Shown: piece after piece, positions 23,801 to 36,038 of the stretch
Layout: every line of letters starts with the position of its first letter
Position numbering within the stretch: the first letter of the stretch is position 1
NCBI GenBank assembly: GCA_040143965.1
Contig: JASJQH010000060.1
Location: 1 to 36,038, forward strand
Reading direction: 5' to 3'
DNA: 36,038 bases
Source of the DNA: Basidiobolus ranarum
Taxonomy: Eukaryota
Notes under the pieces: model-generated
What the model was told of the DNA's origin: nothing
Seen by the model: only the letters and a program-made list of their open reading frames with translations
Database searches by the model: none
Program-made: the position numbers and the translations under genes

Positions 23801-26493
23801 ACTTTGAAATTCCACTTCATGTGCAATGCCCTGGCTTGGTGGCTGAAGGATCAACACTTCAAATGAAGTCTGATATTGTATTACCAATTACAGTACCACA
23901 TCAAACTGGGATATTTCAAACAAATCCAAACAGTCCCATGAAAAATGACAATTGGTTCTATACCAACGCTCTGCCGTTCCTTCGTCTCTCCACCAAAGGT
24001 GATGTTGCTTGGGAGGTAGATCATATTCGATACATGTCCCAACAAGGGTATAAAAAGTGGGGTATTATCAATGGGCGAGTGTATGATCTTACTTCTTACT
24101 TTAATACTATTGATGACCCTATGAATGTTAACGTTCAACAGTTTCTCGATCCGCAAATTAAACAACTATTTCATCTGAGTAGCACGTTTGGGCCTGACTT
24201 GACTAAAGAATGGAATGAGAAAGTACACTTAGACTCTCAGACGCGTGCCATGAATATGGAGTGCTTAGATAATCTGTTTTATATAGGTGTGGTAGATACA
24301 CGCCACGGCATCAAGTGCAAATTGGCTCATTGGATTCCGGTTGCATTTGCTATCGTACTATGCTCGGTTATTGGATTGAAATTCTTAGCAGCTCTTCAGT
24401 TAACTTCGAAGCGGAAGCCAGAAGATCTAGATAAATTTGTCATTTGCCAAGTGCCCTGTTACACAGAAGATGAAGATTCTCTACGTAAGACGATCGACTC
24501 TTTAGCTGGACTCCAGTACGATGATAAGAGGAAATTGATCTTTTTTATTGCTGATGGTATGATTATTGGAAGTGGTAATGACCGGCCTACCCCCAAAATT
24601 GTATGTGATATCTTGGGTGTGGACCCAGACTATGACCCTGAACCATTCAGCTTTAAGAGTATTGGAGAAGGCAATCAGCAACACAACATGGCTAAGGTGT
24701 ACTCTGGTTTATACGAATTTGAGGGACATGTGGTCCCATATATCGTGGTGGCGAAAATAGGAAAACCCAGTGAGCGTTCACGTCCAGGTAATCGTGGTAA
24801 ACGTGATTCCCAAATCATTTTGATGAACTTCTTGAACCGTGTCCATTTCGATAGTGAAATGTGTCCCTTGGACTTGGAGATATATCACCAGATTAAGAAT
24901 GTCATTGGTGTAAACCCCGCCTTCTACGAGTACATTTTAATGGTGGATGCTGATACTGAGGTTAAACCCGACTCGCTCACCCGCTTGATTGCATGTATGA
25001 CACATGATGCTAGAATTATCGGACTTTGTGGAGAAACACAGCTTGCCAATGAAGAGTTCTCATGGGCTACTATGATTCAGGTGTATGAGTACTATATTTC
25101 TCATCACCTTGCTAAAGCCTTCGAGAGTCTTTTCGGCAGTGTTACTTGCTTACCAGGATGTTTCTGTATGTATAGAATTCGTACTGTCAAGGGCTCGCCA
25201 TTGATCATTAATAATGAAGTGATTAACAACTACTCTGAGAACAATGTGGACACACTGCACAAGAAGAATCTGCTTTCACTTGGTGAAGATCGTTACTTGA
25301 CCACATTGATGTTGAAGCACTTCCCGCAATACAAGATGAAGTTTACCTCTGATGCTATTTGCTATACAGTGGCTCCCGATAAGTGGTCAGTTCTGCTTTC
25401 ACAGCGTCGTCGTTGGATCAACTCTACTGTTCACAACCTATTCGAGTTGCTATTCCTTTCTGATCTTTGCGGTTTCTGTTGTTTCTCTATGCGTTTTGTC
25501 GTATTCCTCGATCTTTTCGGAACAATCATCATGCCTGCCACAGTTGCATATCTAGTTTATTTGATTATTGCCGCGATTATTGATCCCAACAGTTTAAGTA
25601 CCGTTGCCTTAATCATGTTCGCTGTGGTTTATGGTCTTCAAGCTGTTATTTTCATTTTGAAACGCGAATGGCAACATGTTGGCTGGATGATTATTTACAT
25701 CTTGGCCATGCCAATCTTCTCATTCGCCATTCCTATCTATGCTTTCTGGCATTTCGATGATTTCTCCTGGGGTAATACTCGTATGATTCTTGGTGACAAA
25801 GGTGAGAAGAAGGTCGTATCCAATGAGGCTCCATTTGATCCAAAGTCTATTCCCATGAAGAAGTGGAGTCAATTTGAACAGGAAGCATGGGAAGCTGGTT
25901 CTACTACCTCTAAAGATCATTCATCTAGATCCAGATCTAGAAGCAGATTTGAAGGCTCCCAATATGATGGATCGCAGTATCGTTCTCAGTCACCTTACGC
26001 AGGCTCCCAATATGGAGGATCACAAGTCTCTGCCAATTACTATGATAAACAGTCCAGTTACTACCAAGGTCATGATCAACGCCCTGCGTCTCATCTTTCT
26101 CCCTCTGTTATGCCCAGCCCTGGTTTTAATGGGTCGAACCATGATGGTTACATCGACTCTCGCACTTCTCTAGCATATTCTCAATACGGCCATGATATGT
26201 CTCCAGATAGACATTCTGTTGCTCCCCAATCTCCTTACGACTATCCTGTCCACCAGATGCCGATGGCTATGCCCTCACCAAGACCTGAAAGTGCTATGTC
26301 CGGAGGTGGATACTATCCTACTGATGAAGAAATCCTTGGCGAGATTCGACATATATTGTCGACTGCTGACCTGATGACTGTCACAAAGAAGCAAGTGCGA
26401 GAACAACTTGCATTGGTCTTTGGGGCTGACATGAGCCCTCGCAGGGATTTCATCAACAACTCTATTGAATTAGTTCTTCAAGGTCAAATCTAA
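20809..26493 (+). CDS. Chitin synthase with N-terminal myosin motor-like domain (class V-type), cytochrome b5-like region and C-terminal DEK_C domain
   Basis: One intron at 21150-21224 restores the P-loop SGVTGSGKS. Motifs LEAFGNAMT, NRGKRDSQ, LMVDADT, CLPGCF, LGEDRYLT, QRRRW, FSWGNTR; C-terminal PTDEEILGEIRHILSTADLMTVTKKQVR. Confidence 0.96.
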
Positions 26494-27182
26494 GCAAAGA
26501 TGAATATTTAGATAGCATCATGGTTGGGCCAGAATATTCAATCCTCTCATTCACTAATTACATATATTTTAACGAGATTTCAGTTACATCTTTCGTCACG
26601 CTTTAGCACACTATCCCACAATGTATTTTCCCCTATTTTTTGCCATCTTTTCTTAATATATCGTCCTCATCCTCATCTTCATTCTCATCGACCTCTAAAT
26701 CATTTTAACCCATGATTTTACTTGTAAAACCTTTATTCATGACATGTAGTATTTATTATTACACAAAACTGTGGATAACTTGAATAAAAACATTTGAGCT
26801 GATTCTTTTTCTTACTCTTTGCCTTGCTCTGTTTCGTACGCATAAGTGGAGATGCAGAGTGTGGAATGGGATCAATGCAGAGTGTGGAATGAGAACAATG
26901 TGTAGAGTAATGATGACATCAGTTCCCATTATCTTTGTGTACAGCTCGGAGATTTTTTACCAGTTTAACAGGAATAACATCAAACTAAGCTTTAGGGTGG
27001 GAAGCATCAATTTTACTAAATTCCCATCAGAATTTGCCTTTCCATAAACAATAAGGAGAATTCTAATTTCGACATTGGGTCAGTCAGATCTTTCTTTCTG
27101 CTTCTTTCCTTCCTCATGGCTCATCCTGTGGTAGTGCTGAAATAATCGCTGATTCAGTCATTCTAAATAAGTATATTTAGTT

Positions 27183-27286
27183 TCTTCGATGCCACCGTCA
27201 GCTCGTACCAATATTCTTGGATGCTACCATCAGCCCGTATTCATGCTCTTAGATGTCACCGTCATATTCTTTGATGCCACAGTCAG
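27183..27286. repeat. Four degenerate ~19-bp direct repeats (TCTTNGATGYYACMRTCA)
   Basis: Copies start at 27183, 27215, 27247 and 27268. Confidence 0.75.
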
Positions 27287-30250
27287 TATTCCTGGACCAT
27301 TCATTCCATCATTCGGTTTTACTAACCCAAAGTGTATTACTGACGGTAAATAGAGATGCTCGATCAACCTGCCCCACACCAGCTTAAAGGGTCCATGATG
27401 AAGTAAGACACGCATTCTTCTTGAGGATAAACTCTTTGTAGAATCCAACCAAAACCTCAGTGCATTAAATCCAGGATTAAATATAAACATATATGGCAGA
27501 ATTCTCCATACTTGTGAGAAAACCATGATAGAATAATGTGGATGTAAATATACTTGGATGTACATATCACTCATCTTCATCTTCACCTGCACCTGCACCC
27601 AACCCCACTCAACAATCGATTACGAATATGAATACGTAGGATATCTGTTCCTCTAATGATCAATTGGCTGAGGGGTGAGAAGATGGTGAGGAAAGGGCCA
27701 CCTTGTCTGTCACACAAACTTCAGTACCCGGTTTTTAGTCTAGATGGACTCGCTTTTCTTATAGTACCCTTAGGCAGCTAACTTCGAGTCATTTTAATGT
27801 ATAAAAATCAATTAGATGTGGTTAGTATGTGCGCATAGTGTCTAGGATGGCCTCCGAAACCAGAAATGACCACGTTTGAGTAAACAAAGAGAGTGATGTA
27901 ACATCCAATATATTGTTGGTGTGAATGGCTGAGGACATAAATGGTCTTGAAAAATAGGGGATGGGATCCTGAGGAAATTTGGGGGCAGCTTCAAGGCAAG
28001 TGGTCTGATTCCTAGGTAACAGCGTATGGCCAGATTTCGTAGTAAAATTCACACATCTCATCTCACCAAGCTTATTGATCAACATTGTGTAGCAAGCAAG
28101 ACCATTCATTGTAACTCCTCCAGGTTGAATCAACACCATCTAAATGAGGGCCGAGGCACAACCCAGCTGACTTCTCATGGCTTTGATGGAAGCCGATACT
28201 CATAGATCTGTCTGCTCCACATTGGCCAAGATTCAAATAGGAGTAAATTCTTACAAATAGTTAGTAATTCGCCAACCTTTGGTTCTAGACACATTCCGTG
28301 GAAAGCAACTAGTCGTCATATTATCAAGCGAAAGCGAGCTGAATGGACGATCTGCATTAAAGATGAGACAATATTTACTTAATTTCCCGAAGATCAGAGA
28401 TTATTCGATTAGAAGGGTTTGGTAGAAGAGTAAGCCTGCACTTTGACTAATGTAATATAGGCAGCCCTATACGACGTCGCAGTATGAATTCTAATGGGCA
28501 CAGATGATACATCAACAATTGGCGTCATCCCGAGAAATCCTCGGTGCCCCCTAGACAATGAGTTGATATGCAAACAATCAGCAGTCACGATATGGTAATA
28601 GTAGTAATCAGCAAGTCGTGATATGGTAATAGTAGTGGCAGTAGTAGTGACAGTGACATTAATGACCTTGGACCCACTGAGTGTCAGTGGCGTGACAATA
28701 ATGGCTATTGACTTGGTGGGTTCTATTCTTAGATTCCAGGGAAAACTCTCTTTGATCAAGATGAGATCCGAAATAGTTAAATTGGGTCAGAATGAATTAT
28801 CCCCAATCTGAGGCGTAACCTTTGTATTGGTTGAGGTGGATGACGAGAACAGAGTAGTATATATATGATGGTAGGCACTATATCAGCTGATAGTATATAT
28901 ATATAGGTATGTGTATAATGAAAAGACCGTACAAATCAGTGCCGATATCGCCACGTTCTACAATATCAATAAAAAATGACAGTGGAAACGAAACCACGCT
29001 GAAACATTGTCTCGTATAGCCTGTCATCCAAGTCCCAGTCCACCATAATTCGTCTATAATGGTCGGTGTGGCAGCTGAGTTAGGAATAGTTATCTGGGCA
29101 CAAGTTTAAGGTGCACTTTACATGCAAGAAGCATTCCAAACAAAGATTCAACATTGGATTGGATGTCGGCTACTTATCTCCGGTTCCTGAACGAATTCAA
29201 TGGATTAACATGGCTAATTAGACTCAGAGGACGATTGATCCTTATTTTGGTTAGTTGGTGAGGTCGGGGCTATAGGGATATTAATGTGCTCAGTATAACG
29301 TAACTACTTTCCTGGAAGATAATATCCTCGATTGGAGTAGTCTACATCAGTGGGTGGTGAGCAAATCATTTCTCTGGAGAGAGTCAACATTAATGCAGGC
29401 GAGGTGTTACCAGAATATTGGTCGAGTGCTTCGTCTGTATAGAAAAACTGCATTGAAGAGTAAAAGGGGTATTTGCCTTATCCATGGGTGGCTATGAACC
29501 TATACTCTAAGTGACGGCTTATAGGATTGAGTGATTCAGTGCATGCAGGCTATGATGAAGTGGCCAAGCTTTTGTGCCTACCAAATGGTAGAGTTGGCTT
29601 ATTCTGTCTACACTTAGGGTTAGGGTGGTTTTAGACTGGAATCCGCGCACTTGCTTTGATTTATACAATAACAAACTGGAATACCCACCTTGATTTATTC
29701 AATAGCAAATGAAGAATGTGGGAGAGGGAATATGAAACCCAGCCACAATTTCAGGTTATGTTGATTGGTGATGTCAAAAGAGGCCTTCCCCAACTTTTCC
29801 AGTCGACATGGTTACATTCAATAATTCTTACCTTCCAACTACTCTAGACTCTAAATTCAGAAACAATTCACGAAAAAAAAGCAGATTCGAAAGAACATAT
29901 TTCCGGTTTGCATGGCTTAGCTGTCCTGTAATAATGATTACAAGTGCCAACTAACAACAGAGATAAAGCGGCCTCACGTGCCTCGTCTTTTGAGAAAATC
30001 CAACTGGCAACTAGGATTCGAATGAAGAATGCAAGCTGAACATCGCCGCTTGTTTATATTGATCGATGCAGATAGTGTTCTGGTTTATTTCCTGGTTTGA
30101 AGGGTCGAGATAAGTATTCCTTACTCAATTTTGAACAGCATTAATATGGAAATAGATATTCATTAAGCAACTCTCATGTCACATGACTTCGGCTATTTCC
30201 ATTTGGACTATCCTTCTAGGGGTAGTAGACAATGGGCAATCGATTTGGGA

Positions 30251-30452
30251 AATAAGAAATGGGAATAAGAAATGGCAATAAGAAATGGGAGATGGCTTAA
30301 TATCAACATGACGAAGGTGTAAGGGTTAGGATTGAGTAGTGATGGGAGCGATATGAAAGGTGATGATTAGTGACGATGATTAGTAGCTACAATGCTGGCT
30401 AGATTAATGCTGGCTAGATTAATGATGGCTATCGACGCTGGCTAGATTAATG
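30251..30452. repeat. Two short minisatellites: AATAAGAAATGG x3 (30251-30288) and AATGCTGGCTAGATT x~4 (30391-30452)
   Basis: Read directly from the sequence. Confidence 0.8.
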
Positions 30453-31257
30453 GCGGTGTAGAATGGCTCTGGTGATCAGTATAAATCATTGCTCACTATT
30501 CGCACTCACACCCAACCAAATTGATCAACATTCATGGAAAAGGGGCTAAGTTCCGAATGAAATCATACTTCTGCGTAGACGCATATTAGATTGTTATCCA
30601 TGTGTGGCTTACAAGTGAAAGATGAACAGATCTATTTCTCCTCCACGACGTCCAGCGAACTGAGCAAATAGTCCGATGCTCATTAAGGATAAATAAGGCT
30701 AAATTGGGTTGGAGCTCTAATACAGGATATTGATTATTGATGGGATTCATCACTGCTTGAGTGGCGATTGGTTCAGGCGATTGGTTCAGCAGTGCCGTGG
30801 AATCAGTGGCCAAGCTACTAAATAGAATCCTGTATACCAACTATGACCGAGTGGCTAAATTGAATACCAACTGTATTGTAGAATGACTAGAGAATGGTGA
30901 AACCATGTTGGTCGCTTATGTTTTTGTTATTGTTAGCATAGGGTGGGGCCAGGAAATACATATATAAGAGGGAAGCAGAAGCTATCCTCATTCAATTAAT
31001 CCACTCGACCGGATTTTAAAAAGATCAACTGTACGCTGCACAGTTCACGCTTGACTATTCACGCTCCTTTCGCAAGTTTTTTTTTAAGTCTTCCCCACAC
31101 ATATCGCTTATTTCCATACTTTTACAGAAAGTAGCGAACCTCGTTTCTATTGACCTATTCTTCATATATTATCACATCGTTTTCCTTCTCGGCTTCTTAT
31201 ATATTCTCTGTCTCTCCTTTTGGACTCAAAACTTCCTCTCTCGAAATATCTCATAGA

Positions 31258-32220
31258 ATGGTTTCCCCAAAACAAAGCGCTTCCCAACTGGCATATACCC
31301 ATCAACGTATGAATATGAAAAGATTACCCAGCCGCCTTCCAGGAGGCGTTCGCTCCAGTCCTACTTCCCAACTCGGGTCACGCCCTTCACAACAAAAATT
31401 GCACACTACTCGTCGTACCCCTGTCTCTTCTCGCGATCAAGTAGCAGCTGCCTACGCTTCAGTATACTTACCAAGTCCTGCTTCTAAACAGAACGATGTG
31501 TTCAAAAGACTATCAACTACTTCTAGTGGATTACAATTGAACTCTCATGTGATCAACATGACTGCTAATCATATTCAAGCTCATTGGGAAGGTGTACAGT
31601 CATCTTTACAATCGGTTAGAACTGTACAACTTTCCACTTACATCTCAACTATCCTCACCCGTACTTCACTGGCCCCAGTGACCAACTCTGCACTCACCGC
31701 AGCATTCCCTTCATTCTCTTGTATTGCACTCGTGTTAGCATTGATATATGTTGACCGCCTCAAGAAAATGCATCCCGCAGCCAAAGGTGAGGCGGGTTGT
31801 GGATTACGTCTATTCCTTGTTTCTTACATGGTTGCCACCAAGTATATTCAGGCACACTTCAATTCTTGGGCCAAATGTTCACCATCCCTCGCGACTACAT
31901 CTCCTGTAAAGGATACAACAGAATCCCAAACATCGCAGCCTATTCAAACCGTCCCACTTTCATCACTGCTCTCACCAAATGAACACTGGGCCCGTCTTAG
32001 TTCGATTTTTTCCACCCCTGAACTCACTCGTATGGAGTTGGAGCTATTGAGCTTTTTACAATTTGATTTATTCGTATCATATGAAGATTTCAAATATTAT
32101 TGGACTATGTACATGGAAATCAACCAAGCTGTTCCAGCAGAGAACCCCTCACCGGTGTTTGAGCCATCCTATGGTGACGATGAGTACGCAGCTGAAGATG
32201 GCTGCGTACCAGACCTGTAA
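31258..32220 (+). CDS. Pho80/Pcl-family cyclin-like protein, intronless
   Basis: Cyclin-box motifs LVLALIYVDRLK, GCGLRLFLVSYMVATKY, NEHWARLSSIFSTPELTRMELELLSFLQFDL. First ATG at 31258; a TATATAA lies at 30961. Confidence 0.85.
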   Translation: MVSPKQSASQLAYTHQRMNMKRLPSRLPGGVRSSPTSQLGSRPSQQKLHTTRRTPVSSRDQVAAAYASVYLPSPASKQNDVFKRLSTTSSGLQLNSHVINMTANHIQAHWEGVQSSLQSVRTVQLSTYISTILTRTSLAPVTNSALTAAFPSFSCIALVLALIYVDRLKKMHPAAKGEAGCGLRLFLVSYMVATKYIQAHFNSWAKCSPSLATTSPVKDTTESQTSQPIQTVPLSSLLSPNEHWARLSSIFSTPELTRMELELLSFLQFDLFVSYEDFKYYWTMYMEINQAVPAENPSPVFEPSYGDDEYAAEDGCVPDL

Positions 32221-33889
32221 GGTGAACTGGGAAGTGTCCCAACTCTGTAGATTCCAACCCCCCCCACAAAATGTTTATTGTCGCTTTTCTTTATTGCATG
32301 TTAGATAGTCACCGTTACCTTGCCTTTACCATTACCCCCTCAGCCTCGATAGAGTTGAGCATTTTTTTATTTGTATAATTAGACGTCATGAAAATCTCTA
32401 CCACAGTGATGAATCCTTTTTGTTCATATAAAGTGTGATTTTTATCTAGCCATTGCTTTACCAATCTAATTCAATTAGTAATCATATGAAGAGGAAGTGG
32501 AAGTGGAAAAGGAAGTGGATAATCAGGGTCAGATGAACCTTTATCATATGAAAACGATCCTCATGTTTTGGAAGATCGCTTGGGCTATGAGCTCGGTTGT
32601 TTCATTTATGATAAGAAAGTTCACCTTTCACATGTCGTTGATGTTAGCATGGTTCTAGAAAATATGGCGCACCTTGGTTAATCCTGGTTACGGCGTAGAC
32701 CTATCCTTTCTTTCTGGACACTCCCTGCGTAAAGCTATTCTTTCGCACTCACCAGCCAGGTCGGACATATACTATTTAATTAATCGCCTCATTTGTAGCT
32801 GATTCAAGATTTGGTTTCTTTGGTAATTGGAACTGGTGGGAAGCAAAAATCATATGAAGATCACGCTCAAGCAGGTTACCCATATCAATGAGATTTTCCT
32901 TCGTGAGACCAGTTTAGCATTTCGATAAAGAGGAGGGAGTCAGTGTAGAATAAGAGAGGGAATCGTTTCTAACTCGAGAATCCAAAAGGAAGTCGTTATC
33001 TTCATTTACTATATTTGGTTTGCACTATCTTCGGTTCCGACGGATCGTGATCAGTCCGCAGATGCTACTGGGGGATGTTTAGCGTGACTGTATGTTTGTA
33101 TATAAACTAAGAACGCTCGTTCAAGCATTTGAAATCAAATCTGAATTCTAATTACTAACTGGTTCTTCGGGGAATTGTATTTGTTAGTAGAGAAGGTGCG
33201 TATATGGATACGGGATATTGAGTTGTATGCCAAAAAAGAAATAAGCTTAACCATATATAGATAGGTCAATATAGATAGGATAATCCATGTAAGGAGAGGC
33301 TGTCGCTGCTGGAGTTCGTTTTCCGCCCTATACATCCCTTGATTTGTTTCTGCTTTCTGGAGTACGTACAAGTAATGATGCGTGCATGAGCGATGAGTTT
33401 TAGTGGGGCTTTCGTGGGGCTTTCGTGATGGTTATTCATATGATCCGTAACATTCATGTGATCTGTAGGGTTAGGGATAGTAACATTGGAGCGTATATTA
33501 TGAAAAGATATTTCCAATCTGAGAAGTATGAAGTGTTTCAAGAATCCCTAGGAATCTGTTCCTCACCTGTTCTCTTGTTCTTACTCACATTCGCCGGTGT
33601 TACAATGAGTAATGTGCATTAGAGTCAATAGATAGTGTTTCAATGGTTGATATGATCTTCACAATCATGCCGTGACTGGGATAAGCAATTGATTCTATTG
33701 TATGTTTATTGTAAGCTTGGGCTGTGATGTATATAAGCGTGAGATAAAGTACTTGGATGATATAAAGACTATGAAAACCCATCAAAAAAGCCGAGTTGGA
33801 TGAAAATAAACTCGTTTAATGAAGTATTTCTATATGGTTTGTATTATGACTTGCTTCTTTCGTACTATCTATGTTGCTACCTCCTAAAC

Positions 33890-36038
33890 CTACTTCGGGT
33901 TATTTTCATTCGCATTGCTAATTGTCTGCGTAACCTCATCTTTATCATTCACATCTGGGATCTTTTGACTTGTTTCTGAGCTGTTCGTATCCTGTCCTAC
34001 TTCATTAGCTCCCTTCGTATTTTGTAACGTCTCCAAGTCATGATTAGTACCATCAGCTACAGGAGAATAAGAGATTAGTTGATTGGATATTATTCTCCTC
34101 TAGAAATAGCCTCAATTACCAGTTTGAGATGAAGGCGAACCTTCGTGTGTCTGTGCATGATTTCCCTCGTCCTTACTTGAATTCTGTTTGACAGCTTTGG
34201 GTGATGTTATTGTACCAATGGAATCGTCAATCTGTCCATTAAGAATATTTTCACGTTCTCGACGAAGTTCATGAAGTCTACTAAGTGATTTGAATAGTTC
34301 CTGACGCTGATACTTTTGCTTCTCATTTACTAAAGCCGACTCAGGATTGTTTTCGTTAATGTTCGGCAAATCGATCTTTGACGTTTGAGGACTTTCTTTG
34401 GTAATGGTAGGGGATGAGGTTGATGAATTGGTTGATTGCCCACAATTTTTCGGATTTTCTGATAAGGGTGAAGATACTGGTTCATCATCAAGTATGATTA
34501 CTGGCTGGGTATTATCCACAGGAGTTTGATCAATTATGCCTTGTTGAGATTGTTGTTGTGGTGCTTGTTGTTGGAGCGGTTGTTGTGGCAATTGATTCTG
34601 CTGCGACTGTTGCTGTAATTGTGATGATTGTCGCTGTGGTGATTGTATCTGTGGGGATGGCTGTTGTGGCAATTGCTTCTGTGGCGGTTGTGGATGTGGT
34701 TGTTGTGATTGCTGTGACGATTGTTTCTGTTGTGACTGTTGTTGTAGTGATTGTTGCAGATGCCATTGGAGTTGTTGTTGTGAAGGATGTTGTTGTGGCT
34801 GTTGCTGTAGTGAATGTTGCAACGATTGTTGGAGTTGCTGTTGGAGTGAGTTATTCAACAATGGTAACGGGGGGCGTTGCTGCTGAAGATATTGCTGTTG
34901 CAATTGATGTACCTGCTGTGGGCTCATCTGATTTAAGAGATATTGTTGCAATTGTCTCAATTGAGTTTGTTGAGTCTGATTCAAGTGTGGAGCATTCTCC
35001 TGAATTTGCTTCTGTAAATATTGATGGAGTATTTTTGCTTGTTCTTGACGATGTGCACCTGAAGTTTGGTTGTTCTGTATTTGGTTTAATAGATTTTGCA
35101 TTTGTTTCAAATGATTTCGCTGCCTTTCAGCAGCTTGTAACTGCTTTTGTTGCGGCTGATTGGAATGATATTGTTGCATTTGCTGTAGCAGAGCATGCTG
35201 TACTTGGTCAGGGAGTGGTTTTTCAGCCTGTGCTTGTTGAAGTTGGGAGACTTGGAGCTGATATTGTTGCATTTGTTTTAATTGCTTTTCTTCGGCTTGC
35301 GCAGATCCAGATGGATTGGGGTTCATTTGTTTTATAAGGTGTTGTAGTTGATTTAGTTGAGCTCTTTGAGCCGACTCTTGCCTTGACTGATACTGCATCT
35401 GATTGAGCTGTGCCATTTGGGCTTGGGGTGAGTTTTGTTGATTTAGATTTGGTAAGGACTGATTATAATTCACCGGTCTAAAGTTGTGCTGCGTTTCCTT
35501 CGACTTATCTAGCCGCTGTTTGTTTGCTTGGGGTTGGTTGACAAAAGTTACAGGACGCTGAGGAAATTGCGACGCACTTGATTGAAAGTTGTGAGATGTG
35601 GAGGTATTGAATGCTAGGTTCGGGAGAGAGGCGGCATGAACCTGTTGAGGAGACCGATAGGTAGCAGCGGATGCCGATGAGCTAGGCAAAGAAGCAACGT
35701 AGGTTTGCTGTGGAGATTGATAAGCATTAGTAAGCTTCGATGAACCAGGCAAAGTACCAATGTGAGTCTGTTGTGGGGATCGATAGGCAACAGTAGGCAT
35801 TGTTGAACCAGGTAAAGAGACAAACTGGGTCTGTTGTGGAGATCGATAGGTAGTAGATGTCGTTGACCCGGGTAGAGAAGGGACATGACTCTGCTGTGGA
35901 GATCCAAAAGCAGTTACTTGTGAAGTTGAGCCGGGCAGTGAGCCAAACTGAGCCTGTTGTGGAGATCGATAGGTAGTAGATGTCGTTGACCCGGGCAGAG
36001 AAGGGACATGACTCTGCTGTGGAGATCCAAAAGCAGTT
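33890..36038 (-). CDS. 3' part of a glutamine-rich low-complexity protein with 20-aa tandem repeats (5' end outside the window; final exon uncertain)
   Basis: Open frame from the window end to ~34119, then a GT-AG intron and an exon ADGTNHDLETLQ...NENNPK*. Extensive Q-rich tract. Confidence 0.75.
35620..36038 (-). repeat. Coding 60-bp tandem repeat (~7 units in the window) with a 120-bp higher-order period
   Basis: Units align line by line (60 nt). 35834-35918 is nearly identical to 35954-36038. Peptide consensus [YF]xSPQQxxxxSLPGSxxxxx. Confidence 0.92.

Noticed and set aside
27183-27286. CRISPR-like array
   Set aside because: Eukaryotic context, degenerate repeats, spacers only 2-13 nt, no cas genes.
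27300-28800. Possible decayed LTR-retrotransposon integrase/chromodomain on the minus strand
   Set aside because: Only vague fragments interrupted by many stops; no motif I can support without a profile search.
29614-29626. Alternative telomerase template candidate (also 1891 and 33466)
   Set aside because: I found no adjacent U-rich pseudoknot or enclosing helices by eye.
32480-32940. Coding-like plus-strand fragments after the cyclin gene
   Set aside because: Multiple stops and frame changes, no recognisable family.
34558-35337. 259-aa Val-rich plus-strand ORF, and other short ORFs overlapping the SulP, PNUTS and chitin synthase genes
   Set aside because: Antisense or alternative-frame shadows of real coding sequence (CAA/CAG repeats).

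Overview
Intron-rich eukaryotic DNA from a fungus, probably an early-diverging lineage (Mucoromycota/Zoopagomycota-like; the taxon cannot be fixed from the sequence). Protein genes: a SulP/SLC26 sulfate permease, a coiled-coil hypothetical gene, a PNUTS/Ref2-like PP1 regulator that appears fused to an N-terminal homeodomain, a NAMPT-type phosphoribosyltransferase, a myosin-motor chitin synthase, a Pho80/Pcl-type cyclin, and a partial Q-rich protein with 20-aa repeats. The window opens in a decayed, apparently intron-containing Fanzor (TnpB-like) ORF followed by a Tc1/mariner-type end; a second, inverted copy of that end lies at 8512-8629. The main finding is the ORF-free interval ~5720-6620, which on the minus strand has the ordered architecture of a telomerase RNA: TATA box, terminal 5'/3' helix, core-enclosing helix, UAACCCUAA template, U-rich triple-helix-type pseudoknot, CR4/5-like three-way junction and an Sm-like U tract. 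About 180 nt further downstream is a 20-nt element able to pair with the template using only Watson-Crick and G-U pairs. All alignments and foldings were done by eye; no database search or folding program was run.
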